DNA of 64,000 nt from Bacteriovoracaceae bacterium (GTDB lineage: Bacteria > Bdellovibrionota > Bacteriovoracia > Bacteriovoracales > Bacteriovoracaceae): the NCBI GenBank assembly GCA_965217035.1, contig OZ244226.1, forward strand, positions 912,146 through 976,145. The letters run 5' to 3'. Under the pieces are notes generated by a model. It worked only from the letters and a program-made list of their open reading frames with translations. It did not search any database and was not told the DNA's origin. The first letter of the stretch is position 1; every line of letters begins with the position of its first letter. A program made the translations under genes and the position numbers. This document shows positions 9,061 through 17,947 of this stretch, piece after piece.

Positions 9061-9417
9061 ATGAGTTTACAAAAAGTCTTATTCGAACTACGCAAGGACG
9101 ACATTCAGTTTTTAAAACTTTTTTTTAGAGAATATACTTACGATAAAGATACGACTCTTTTCTACAAAGACCAAACGCCAAGTCTTGCCTATCTTCTTAC
9201 CGAAGGTTTAATAAAACTAAAGAAGAATAGAACAACTCTAAATGTTCCTCTTGCAAATATTATTGGAGTGAGAGAGCTTTTTGGTAAAGAGCCTGCATCT
9301 TTCCAAGCGACTATTCTTTCAGGTTCAAAAGTTATAAGTCTTGACCTTTTTACCTTCCATCAATTCCTTAAAGACAACCCTAATTATTACGAGATTTTTA
9401 AACTAGAAATTTTATAA
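9061..9417 (+). CDS. Stand-alone cyclic-nucleotide-binding-fold protein (no HTH)
   Basis: LFYKDQTPSLAYLLTEGLIKL...IIGVRELF...FQATI is the cNMP/Crp sensor beta-roll pattern. Confidence 0.7.
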   Translation: MSLQKVLFELRKDDIQFLKLFFREYTYDKDTTLFYKDQTPSLAYLLTEGLIKLKKNRTTLNVPLANIIGVRELFGKEPASFQATILSGSKVISLDLFTFHQFLKDNPNYYEIFKLEIL

Positions 9418-9420
9418 GAC

Positions 9421-9434
9421 CTGATTTAAGTCAT
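9421..9434 (+). promoter_or_regulatory. Crp/Fnr-type box 3 (CTGAT-TTAA-GTCAT)
   Basis: 22 nt before TACTAT (9457-9462), upstream of the 9504 gene. Confidence 0.6.
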
Positions 9435-9503
9435 ATCTCATTCATTTCAAGACTTTTACTATGCCATTAATCATTTATTCATCGATCTCTTTAAGGAGGA
9501 GTC

Positions 9504-10220
9504 ATGAACTTACTCAAAGTACTTACAATTATTTTATTTTCGACAAGCCTTATGGCATCAAACATTTCTCGAGAAAAAAGTCGACTTGTTCCGATCACTA
9601 ATGCTTACATTCCTTTTGGTTTTGATAGCAACGATAACTCTGAAGTTATCATTACTGGTTATCTCCCCAACCTTTGTTATCAGAGTCCAAAATACAGAGC
9701 AAAACTAGAAAATGGAAAAATTCTCATCTTCGTTTCTGCTCACAAGGTGACCGGTGATACTTTTTGTCCACAGGTAATTGTTCCATTTCAAATGACAATA
9801 GAGCTAGGACAATTAGATGCTCGTAAGTTTAAAGTTTATATTAATCCGAGAACCAAAACATCAAAACGAGGAATGCTTAAAGTTTCGATGACAAAAAGTA
9901 AGAAAATTGATGATTATCTTTATGCCTACGTCAAAGATGTTAAGGTCAAAGATAATTATCTCTACATCAAGGGAGTTAATCCAAGCGATTGTTTTGAACT
10001 TAAGGAAATTCGAATAAAAGACAACGGAAGAGACACCTACTCAGTACTTCCACAAGTAAAAATGGTTAGTGAAGTCTGCCAGCCAAAATCAACTAAGTTT
10101 AGCTATAGAATTCCATTTGAGAACACTTTAGGAGTTAAAAGAGCCCTCTTTCACGTTAGAGCAATGGATGGACGATCGATCAATAAGGTTATAGACTTGA
10201 AGGATGTCGCTTCATATTAA
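9504..10220 (+). CDS. Secreted hypothetical protein, beta-rich with Cys pairs
   Basis: Signal peptide, strong RBS AAGGAGGAG, repeated G-x-x-P-x-x-C motif. Confidence 0.75.
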   Translation: MNLLKVLTIILFSTSLMASNISREKSRLVPITNAYIPFGFDSNDNSEVIITGYLPNLCYQSPKYRAKLENGKILIFVSAHKVTGDTFCPQVIVPFQMTIELGQLDARKFKVYINPRTKTSKRGMLKVSMTKSKKIDDYLYAYVKDVKVKDNYLYIKGVNPSDCFELKEIRIKDNGRDTYSVLPQVKMVSEVCQPKSTKFSYRIPFENTLGVKRALFHVRAMDGRSINKVIDLKDVASY

Positions 10221-10902
10221 TGCAGATAAAGGTCAAATCGCCGAGAAGGTTCTCCTTCCCGGTGACCCTCTTAGAGCTCAATATATCGCAGAAAATTACT
10301 TAGAGAATTCTGAGAAGTTTAATACAGTTCGAGGAATGTGGGGATTCACTGGTCTCTTTAAAGGAGAGCGTGTTTCAATTCAGGCTACAGGAATGGGACT
10401 TCCTTCGACTCTGATTTATCTTAATGAGCTTATTAATGAATATAATTGCAAAACACTCATTAGAATTGGAACTTGTGGAGCTATCCATCCCGATCTTCAG
10501 CTAAAAGATGTCGTCATCGCTCAAAGTGCTTCTACTGATTCTGGAATCAATAAAAGAACATTTGAAGGCCTTGACTTTGCTCCTACCGCTGATTTTGAGT
10601 TGCTTCTTCAGGCCCATAATCACTTTAAGTCTCAATCGATTAAACACTATATTGGAAATATTCTTTCTTCAGATACTTTTTATCCGGTTCGCACCAATGA
10701 GTTCGGCCTTTGGAGAGAACATAATGTTTTAGCTGCAGAAATGGAGTCATCGGCGCTCTACACTCTAGCGGCCAAAAAGAACTGTAGAGCGCTTAGTATT
10801 CTCACTGTCAGTGACATCATCGAAACGAAAGTCTCAATTACAAATGAAGAGAAGCAAGAAAAACTTGACCAAATGATTCAAGCAGCCTTGAATCTTTCTT
10901 AA
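10204..10902 (+). CDS. deoD: Purine-nucleoside phosphorylase
   Basis: HINA...VLLPGDPLRA...TGMGLPS...RIGTCGA...AEMESSALY. Confidence 0.95.
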   Translation: MSLHINADKGQIAEKVLLPGDPLRAQYIAENYLENSEKFNTVRGMWGFTGLFKGERVSIQATGMGLPSTLIYLNELINEYNCKTLIRIGTCGAIHPDLQLKDVVIAQSASTDSGINKRTFEGLDFAPTADFELLLQAHNHFKSQSIKHYIGNILSSDTFYPVRTNEFGLWREHNVLAAEMESSALYTLAAKKNCRALSILTVSDIIETKVSITNEEKQEKLDQMIQAALNLS

Positions 10903-10982
10903 TATTTCTCGGAAAAATATACTGACCTGATTCCAGTTCATTCTCATTGTAAAATAGTAGGGCACCTTTTCCTTGGAGAAAT

Positions 10983-13001
10983 ATGTCCCGCTTTTTAGAT
11001 AATATTTTCAAAGAATTAGAAGCAACTAAGCATAAACAATACGAAAAGTGGTCTACACTTCTAAAATATTTTACAATTACCTACGCTGTTTATTTCGTAC
11101 TCATGGATGGGCTTCATTTCTTTCGAAGTCGAAATTTTGAACTTACTGAAAGCTGCTTATTTTTAGGAGCTTTACTTATCTCCTATGGTCTTTCTTTCGT
11201 CGTAAAACATAACTCAATTATTTTTATCCCTTCACTCGCTTGTTTTTTCATCTCATTGTTTTCATTTGAACCGAGTCAAGCAGAACCTATTCCGACTTGG
11301 TTTTCCTTTCAAGCTCTCGGTCTTTTCATGGCCGTCATGTTAAGTGATTTTAAAGGGAATCTTATCTACGCAACATTAACAGCTCTTTTTCCCTTTTTTG
11401 CTTATACTCTTCATACTGACACTTCAATCATTGATATTATTTTAAAACAAAATTTAATGTATTTCGGAATTATCAGTGCTTGTTTTTATTCTTATTACCT
11501 CTCTGTTAGAACAAGAGCTGAACAAAAAGAAAATGAGAGTGCTCGCCTTATAAAAAAAGCTTCGGATCTTGGAACCTGGCAATGGAACTTAAAAACAAAT
11601 GAAGTTCAATATGATGAAAGGTGGCTCGGTATTCTTGGTTATAAGTTGGGTGAGCTTCCCGAAGATCTCACGACATGGCAAACTCTCACACATCCCGATG
11701 ATGGTGTAAAAGCAACCGAACAGTTTCAATCCTATCTTTTAGGCGAAAGCGATGAGTATGAAGTCAAGTTTAGGATGAAACATAAAAATGGTCGTTGGGT
11801 TCCGATTATCTCTAAAGGAAAAATCGTATCACGAGATGAAGACGGAAAACCTCATTTCTTCAGTGGAACGCATTTCGACCTTAGTAAAATTGAATCTCTT
11901 GAAGAGCAAAACGAAAAACTCAGTTCTCTTTTTGAAATTGTTCAAGAGCTCTCTAACCTTGGTGGTTGGGAAGTCGATATAAAAACAATGCAAACTCAAT
12001 GGACTGATCAAGTTTATAAGATTCATGGAGTTGAAGTTGGAAAAAAACATCATACCGAAAATGCTATTAAGTTTTATGCTCCTCATGAAAGAGAAAGAAT
12101 CACTCGATATGTTCAAGAATGTATTGAACAAGGAAAAGGCTTTGATGATAAATTTGAATTCATTGATGCCCAAGGAAATCATAAATGGGTTCGTTCAATA
12201 GGAGAAGCAGTGATCGGAGAGGATGGAGAGATAACAAAAATCCGAGGAGTTTTTCAAGATATTACGGAACAAATCGAAAGAGAAGATATCATTCATCAAA
12301 GTGAAAGACTCGCTTCGCTTGGAAAACTTGCTAGAGGGATTGGTCATGAAATCAATAACCCACTCGCGATTATTAAAGGTTTTGTTTATCTCCTTCAAAA
12401 GAACTTAGAGAATAGTCCAGAATCTTATCATGATCATTTTGCTAAAATTAACCAGGGCGTTGAACGGATAAAAAATATCGTTCAAGGGATCAAAGACTTT
12501 ACTGAAGGTGATAACTCGTCTCATGAGATTTTAGATCTCAGTGAGGTTGTTGGGAGCTCTATAAGTCTTCTCGAAGATATTCACGGTGCCAAATCAATTA
12601 AGATCAAAAACGAGTTTAATGTCGAAAACAGAATTTTTATAAAAGCTAATCGCGGGAAAATTCAACAACTTATTCAAAATCTTGTTTCTAATGCGGTTGA
12701 TGCTGTAGAAGGAGTCGAAGATCCTAAAGTCATTATCTCTTCTATTGAAAATGAATCTTTCATTACTGTTCAAATTCAAGACAATGGATGCGGGATCGAT
12801 CATGATATCCGTTCAAAGATCTTTGATCCATTCTTTACAACAAAAAAACTCAACACGGGAACAGGAAACGGCTTAACTATTTGCCATGATATTGTAAAAA
12901 CTCATCACGGCCAAATATCAGTTGAGTCAGAGAAAGGAAAAGGATCAATATTCTCCTTTACTCTTCCTTTAGAGCAGCAAGAGTTACTTAAGGCTTCCTA
13001 G
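10983..13001 (+). CDS. Membrane-bound PAS-PAS sensor histidine kinase (no adjacent response regulator)
   Basis: N-terminal TM segments, two PAS_3 domains (GTWQWN...THPDD; GGWEVD...YAPHE), H-box GHEINNPL, and N/G1/F/G2 boxes. Confidence 0.9.
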   Translation: MSRFLDNIFKELEATKHKQYEKWSTLLKYFTITYAVYFVLMDGLHFFRSRNFELTESCLFLGALLISYGLSFVVKHNSIIFIPSLACFFISLFSFEPSQAEPIPTWFSFQALGLFMAVMLSDFKGNLIYATLTALFPFFAYTLHTDTSIIDIILKQNLMYFGIISACFYSYYLSVRTRAEQKENESARLIKKASDLGTWQWNLKTNEVQYDERWLGILGYKLGELPEDLTTWQTLTHPDDGVKATEQFQSYLLGESDEYEVKFRMKHKNGRWVPIISKGKIVSRDEDGKPHFFSGTHFDLSKIESLEEQNEKLSSLFEIVQELSNLGGWEVDIKTMQTQWTDQVYKIHGVEVGKKHHTENAIKFYAPHERERITRYVQECIEQGKGFDDKFEFIDAQGNHKWVRSIGEAVIGEDGEITKIRGVFQDITEQIEREDIIHQSERLASLGKLARGIGHEINNPLAIIKGFVYLLQKNLENSPESYHDHFAKINQGVERIKNIVQGIKDFTEGDNSSHEILDLSEVVGSSISLLEDIHGAKSIKIKNEFNVENRIFIKANRGKIQQLIQNLVSNAVDAVEGVEDPKVIISSIENESFITVQIQDNGCGIDHDIRSKIFDPFFTTKKLNTGTGNGLTICHDIVKTHHGQISVESEKGKGSIFSFTLPLEQQELLKAS

Positions 13002-13962
13002 TCCAAGACTTTAAAACTCTCATGACATGTCCAGGTTTGATCGCATAACAATAACTACCCAGATTTTCAGAATCAATTAAATGAGAAGCAGTTAGAAAGT
13101 ATTTATACTCTCCATTCTCTCCACTCTTATTGAATGTTGTATCATTCTTTAAGCGAACTAACCCGACAGGGATATTCTCTAAACAGGAGAAATCTTTCTT
13201 GTGAGTCAGATAACTTACAAGAAAAAGATCCCAAGGAATAAAACCATCCATTTTTGGAAAAAACTTCCAAATAAGCCTCCAAACTCGAGAACGCTTTGCA
13301 AGCCAGCGATGACGATAATAAGAATTGAGTAATAGCTTTAAATGCTCTTTAGCAATAATACTATTTTTCATACTTTCGACAGGAATCATTCTTATCTTAA
13401 CTTTTTTATCGATAAGAAGTCTTACTGAATCAAAATCTCCATCAATATTGGCATCCCAAAAAACAACTTCTTTATCACCAATAGGTGTGTTATACCCAGG
13501 CTGCCTTCCTCCCATAACAATTAATTCTTCAATGTTTTTGATTAAATCTGGACGGAGCATTGCAAGAGTCGCAATATTAGTGAGGCGTCCCATCGCTAAA
13601 ATCGTGAGAGGTTCTTTTTCCAGGGCCAAAATAAGAGCTGATATCGCATCGTTCTTTTTACCTAGATCTTTCACAGAATTTGCACCCTGATAAACTTTAA
13701 TACTCTCTCGGTTGTGAAGTCTAAGAATATTCTTAGTAATCTTCACCATTTTTTTTGAACTTTTAATATTTCCAAAAACTGTTGAAATCCCCTTTATATC
13801 AAGAGATTCTGACTCGAGAGCATGATAAAGAGCATAACCATCATCGACATCTCTAATAATTTTTCCAACAGCAACATCGTAATCAATCCATACTTTGACT
13901 TGAGCAAGACTCGATAGGCTCAGAAAGAGGTTGAGAATAACGAACTTCAGAAGATTTTTCAT
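12988..13962 (-). CDS. Inosine-uridine preferring nucleoside hydrolase family protein with signal peptide
   Basis: VWIDYD...DVDDGYAL, STVFGN, AMGRLTNIA, VMGG, DANIDGD, PWD. N-terminal MKNLLKFVILNLFLSLSSLA. Confidence 0.85.
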   Translation of the reverse strand: MKNLLKFVILNLFLSLSSLAQVKVWIDYDVAVGKIIRDVDDGYALYHALESESLDIKGISTVFGNIKSSKKMVKITKNILRLHNRESIKVYQGANSVKDLGKKNDAISALILALEKEPLTILAMGRLTNIATLAMLRPDLIKNIEELIVMGGRQPGYNTPIGDKEVVFWDANIDGDFDSVRLLIDKKVKIRMIPVESMKNSIIAKEHLKLLLNSYYRHRWLAKRSRVWRLIWKFFPKMDGFIPWDLFLVSYLTHKKDFSCLENIPVGLVRLKNDTTFNKSGENGEYKYFLTASHLIDSENLGSYCYAIKPGHVMRVLKSWTRKP

Positions 13963-14063
13963 CGAGTGGATCATAGAAGATCTACGACGAGCTGGCAAAA
14001 TGAATAAGAAGAGAAGAAGTCTTAAGCCTTTATAAAAAGCTAAATATTTAGAATTATAAGGAA

Positions 14064-15761
14064 TTAGTATCCGAGCCTGTTTTTTAAGACTCTGTATTCC
14101 TCCACGAGAAAGGATTCTTTCTCAAGATAGGCTTCTAAACGTCTGCTCGTTGGAGCATCCAGATTTGTACTTGATAAATCTTCAAGCGTAAGACTGTGAT
14201 GGCCCAACTTCATCTTCACAAAAAACAGAACCGACTTATATTGATACTTTAAGTAATACTCTCCCCATCTCTTTCCTAAATCGTCCCAAGGTTGAGGTGA
14301 GGCCATCCCGGATTGAATCGCTTCAAGAAAGTGAAGATAAGAAATATCCTTGTCACCAAATTTAATTTTCTTTGCAAGAAGTTCAAACTTAAAACCTTTT
14401 CCCTTATCTTCAGTCAAATTGAAAAGATCTTTAATATCCATCCACTTTACAATAAGTCGATGGTCTCTATTCGGACTAGAATGCTCGTAATAATAACTCT
14501 CAAGATTCTTATTTAAAGGCTTAAACGGACTCTTATAAAAATTATAAGTATTAATTCTATTTCTAATATCTGGCTCATTATTTTCATAATCAGCTCTTTC
14601 ATTCATAGGGATAAAGCGTCCATAATCATCAATCATATAATGATCGTAGATTCCTTCTTCAGGATCTTTCATGTGAGCCTCGTTATGATAAACATCTGAA
14701 AGCTTACTAATCCCTTTCTGCTTACTAACATTTAATCCCTTCTCGACATCTTTCTTTCGACCATCTACAGAAATCTCAATATCAGAAATGAGCTGTTTTA
14801 TTTCTTCTTTTATTTCTTTTTCTTGTTGAGATTTCGAAAGTCTTTCTTTTCGAACAATATCTGACCAAAGATAATCATTCATTTTAAAAAACTTTGGCTT
14901 ATCTGATTCCCAATTAATATCAAACTGCTCAGTCGAATAATAAGGCATATCCTCATCAGAAACTTTTTTATACTTTCCATTGCAACTCACAGTCCAATTC
15001 CAACGATACAGTCCCGTTTTAGGAATTTTATTTTTTTCTAAAGATTCCTCTAGCCCATCGGGTTCTTTAATAGAAAATATACGAATATCAAGTGTTCTCA
15101 TCCCTCTTGGCGAAGAAGAACCAATCGTCTTGAGTGGTCTCACTCTAGATTGACTATTATTAATAAGAGTTTCAGCATGACCGCTTGTTAAATAAACAAC
15201 TCCAGCATTAAGTGCATCTGAAGGAGTACTTTCTGAATTCGATAGCGCTATAGGATAAAGGTCTCTATATAAATGAACAGTGCCTGTATTAAGACCCCAA
15301 ACTTTAATCGCTCGTTGAAATCTTTTATCCTTTTTAAAATCTTCTTTCCAGTTTTTTGGACTCCAAACTTTTACCGTAGGAAGCCTGGCCCAAGTTTTAT
15401 TATAATGACCGTACTCTCCCCCCTTAAAGCTCGCTGGAAGATTATGAATTCGAGAAAAAATTGCTCTCAGAAATATAACAGCTTCTCCACAATCAGTTGG
15501 AATACCCAGATCCATAAAAAAATGTGAATCAATCGTTTTGGTATCTAGCCATTGTTGGTATTTTCGCTCCCAGGATTCATTCCAACGCCTATTACCGACT
15601 CTCCAAACCTGACCATTATCTTTTAAATCATAAGGGTGGAGAGATTCATTTTTAACTGTTTGCCCAGGGCAAAATCTAAGGTCTTGCAAAGTCACAGAAC
15701 TGGGAGAACTCCATGATGAAATAGCTTGAAAAAAAGTTATAAAAACCAATAAGTTACGCAC
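14064..15761 (-). CDS. Secreted hypothetical protein, possible papain/NlpC-like Cys-His domain
   Basis: GTG start at 15761 after GGGAG, signal peptide, W-rich segment then TDCGEAV...GHA. Catalytic role is speculative. Confidence 0.7.
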   Translation of the reverse strand: MRNLLVFITFFQAISSWSSPSSVTLQDLRFCPGQTVKNESLHPYDLKDNGQVWRVGNRRWNESWERKYQQWLDTKTIDSHFFMDLGIPTDCGEAVIFLRAIFSRIHNLPASFKGGEYGHYNKTWARLPTVKVWSPKNWKEDFKKDKRFQRAIKVWGLNTGTVHLYRDLYPIALSNSESTPSDALNAGVVYLTSGHAETLINNSQSRVRPLKTIGSSSPRGMRTLDIRIFSIKEPDGLEESLEKNKIPKTGLYRWNWTVSCNGKYKKVSDEDMPYYSTEQFDINWESDKPKFFKMNDYLWSDIVRKERLSKSQQEKEIKEEIKQLISDIEISVDGRKKDVEKGLNVSKQKGISKLSDVYHNEAHMKDPEEGIYDHYMIDDYGRFIPMNERADYENNEPDIRNRINTYNFYKSPFKPLNKNLESYYYEHSSPNRDHRLIVKWMDIKDLFNLTEDKGKGFKFELLAKKIKFGDKDISYLHFLEAIQSGMASPQPWDDLGKRWGEYYLKYQYKSVLFFVKMKLGHHSLTLEDLSSTNLDAPTSRRLEAYLEKESFLVEEYRVLKNRLGY

Positions 15762-15790
15762 AGTTTGCTCCCGCTTAAAAGCAGTCAAAA

Positions 15791-15980
15791 GATACAGGAG
15801 TTGCTGTCGCTGCGCAACGCGCCGTGAATATTTTCCATACTTTATCGTTTTTACCGCTGAGACCCGCCCTGTAGCCTCAAAGGCTACCCTTCAAGAAAAG
15901 ACCCCTTTTGAATGTTCGATCGCATCGATCAATGGCCCGAAAACATGATGACAAATCCTGTCCATCTCTTCTATCACGGC
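15791..15980 (-). ncRNA. Candidate structured RNA / long 5' leader (family unassigned)
   Basis: GC-rich non-coding stretch with nested helices GCCGTGA/TCACGGC, TTTGTC/GATAAA, GTTTT/AAAAC, GGCC/GGTC and three hairpins. G-U pairs work only on the minus strand. Confidence 0.5.
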
Positions 15981-16140
15981 CACAAAGCTTTAGTCTTCGA
16001 AGAGAAACAAATTAAAAAAGACAAAGCGCTTTACTCATTTGAATATTGCTAGTTCTCGACTATTGGAAAGTATCCTATATTCTAAGATAATCTCTTTATA
16101 CTAGTAAAGTTAGGACTGAACTACTCAGATTGCTTACTAA

Positions 16141-17421
16141 CTAAGCCGCTTTCTCGAAGTCTAAGATGACCTCTGCACCTTTAAACTTTCCTTCTGATTT
16201 GACTTCGATTGTGCCCTTATTATTTGTCATATAATTGGAGCAATTATGAAGTCCAAAGCCAGACCCTCGCTCCTTAGTAGAAAACCCAAAACCAAAAAGT
16301 TCTGATAGAATTTTCTCTTCTACTCCAATTCCACTGTCTATAATCCGAAGAAAGACTTTATCATTACTCTCTTCAAATTTGATCTTAATTAAATTCCCAT
16401 CTGATTCTTGATGCCTTAATTTTTCATCAATTGCCTCAATTGCATTTACGAATAAATTTAAAACGACTTGAGCCAAACCTACTCGTTCTGCAAGTACTAA
16501 CGCTGGCTGAGTATCCGAAATATGAATCTGAATATTTCTTTTTTTGATTGAGTCTTCTACCATTGAAAGACAATCTTCAACCACTTCCTTGAGGTCTGTT
16601 TTAACTCTAATGATTTCTTTTAAGTTTGCATACTTTTGCTGGGAAGTAATTATATTTGAAATATGTGAACATTTTGTAGAGAAAAACTGATACAAATCTT
16701 TAATTCTCTCAAGAGACATTTGAAATGATTCTCCTGTTGCCAAAAAAATTTCATTTCTCTTTGAAGAATCTACCTTATCCCAGTTTTGAGAAAGAATATT
16801 AAAAAGCTTTAACGTTTTTTCGAGATCCCTAAACTCTCTTTCATCTGAAACTCTTGAATTCAAAGAGGTCAAAATATTACCAATATTATGAAGTACCGAG
16901 ATTGCACTTTCGGCAAGGCCATCAGCATAAGCACTTTTAATAATTTTTTCTTGAAGCTCTTTCTGTTCCGCCTCGATTCTTTTTTTCTCACTCAAATCAG
17001 TTAATGTAAAAACAAACTTCGTATTATCTCGAAGTTTTATTTTTCTTCCCTTAACATAGACAGGTATAATTTGATTCATAATTTTTAAAGACAGCTCTGA
17101 ATCATAGAATTGATTCTCTAATATCTTTTTATTAAGACTTTCTTCACCTTTTAGCAATCTAAAGAGCGAAGAAAAGCTTTTACCTATGACTTCTTCATGA
17201 ATCTTCTTTCCCCAGGAATGATTTAAGTCTTCAACTATTAGACTCTCATCAGTAATGAGTACTAGATTATTAATCGAGTTCAATATATTTTTTGTATATT
17301 CATAAGAGATAAATAAATCTCTCGATTTTTCTTCAATTTCTTGCTCTAAAATTTCCCGAGCTTTCTTTTCTCGATTGAGTTTTTTTTCAAGCCGCTGAAT
17401 TTTCTTTTCGTGATCCTGCAC
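16141..17421 (-). CDS. H-NOX-associated PAS histidine kinase
   Basis: N-terminal coiled coil (REKKAREILEQEIEEKSRDLF) typical of H-NOX partner kinases, PAS-like region, H-box VLHNIGN, DSGIG, GSGFGL. Confidence 0.85.
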   Translation of the reverse strand: MQDHEKKIQRLEKKLNREKKAREILEQEIEEKSRDLFISYEYTKNILNSINNLVLITDESLIVEDLNHSWGKKIHEEVIGKSFSSLFRLLKGEESLNKKILENQFYDSELSLKIMNQIIPVYVKGRKIKLRDNTKFVFTLTDLSEKKRIEAEQKELQEKIIKSAYADGLAESAISVLHNIGNILTSLNSRVSDEREFRDLEKTLKLFNILSQNWDKVDSSKRNEIFLATGESFQMSLERIKDLYQFFSTKCSHISNIITSQQKYANLKEIIRVKTDLKEVVEDCLSMVEDSIKKRNIQIHISDTQPALVLAERVGLAQVVLNLFVNAIEAIDEKLRHQESDGNLIKIKFEESNDKVFLRIIDSGIGVEEKILSELFGFGFSTKERGSGFGLHNCSNYMTNNKGTIEVKSEGKFKGAEVILDFEKAA

Positions 17422-17947
17422 TAAACCCTACTTCAAAAACATAACGTCCCTCTTTACTCTCAAGAAGACTTACGTTTATTTTCTCATTATAATACTCACC
17501 AAGCCCTTCAAGTAGTCCGGTGACAAAACTAGGTAAGTTTCTTTTTGAAACATACTCTAGTCGAATTTTATTAGCCTCAATTTCTTTATAAAAGAACCTC
17601 GGTGTCTCTGCTCCTGGAAGAAGCTTCTTAACTTCTATATGAATAATAGAATCAAGCCCTTTAAGAAAAGATTTAGAATCCTCGAACTGTTTCACGAGAT
17701 CAGGTATCTTAGAAATGAGGATAGGGAAGGAAAATTTTCCAAATGAATGAATTGCTTGCTCAGGAACTAGCTTAAACTTTTCGATTGTTTTCGTGACTAT
17801 ACTAAGAAAGTCTTCATCCTTATAAGTTTTAGGCGCTACGAATACATCATCATCAAAACCTGTTTCCTCTAAAACATCTTCCCATTCTTCCTCTCCAATA
17901 TTTTCTTCAACAAATTTTTGAAAAATATTAAAAACAATTCCCTTCAC
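17387..17947 (-). CDS. Heme NO-binding (H-NOX/HNOB) protein
   Basis: MKGIVF start, proximal His (IHIEV), Pro (TPRF), YxSxR motif (YVSKR), GLLEG. Confidence 0.9.
   Translation of the reverse strand: MKGIVFNIFQKFVEENIGEEEWEDVLEETGFDDDVFVAPKTYKDEDFLSIVTKTIEKFKLVPEQAIHSFGKFSFPILISKIPDLVKQFEDSKSFLKGLDSIIHIEVKKLLPGAETPRFFYKEIEANKIRLEYVSKRNLPSFVTGLLEGLGEYYNEKINVSLLESKEGRYVFEVGFSAGSRKENSAA

Noticed and set aside
10921..10940. Fourth Fnr-like box before the PAS kinase
   Set aside because: The half-sites do not form the N4 palindrome and the spacing to TAAAAT does not fit.
15791..15980. c-di-GMP-I, lysine or cobalamin riboswitch, SRP, or retron msr-msd
   Set aside because: Diagnostic conserved nucleotides are not found, and no reverse transcriptase is nearby.
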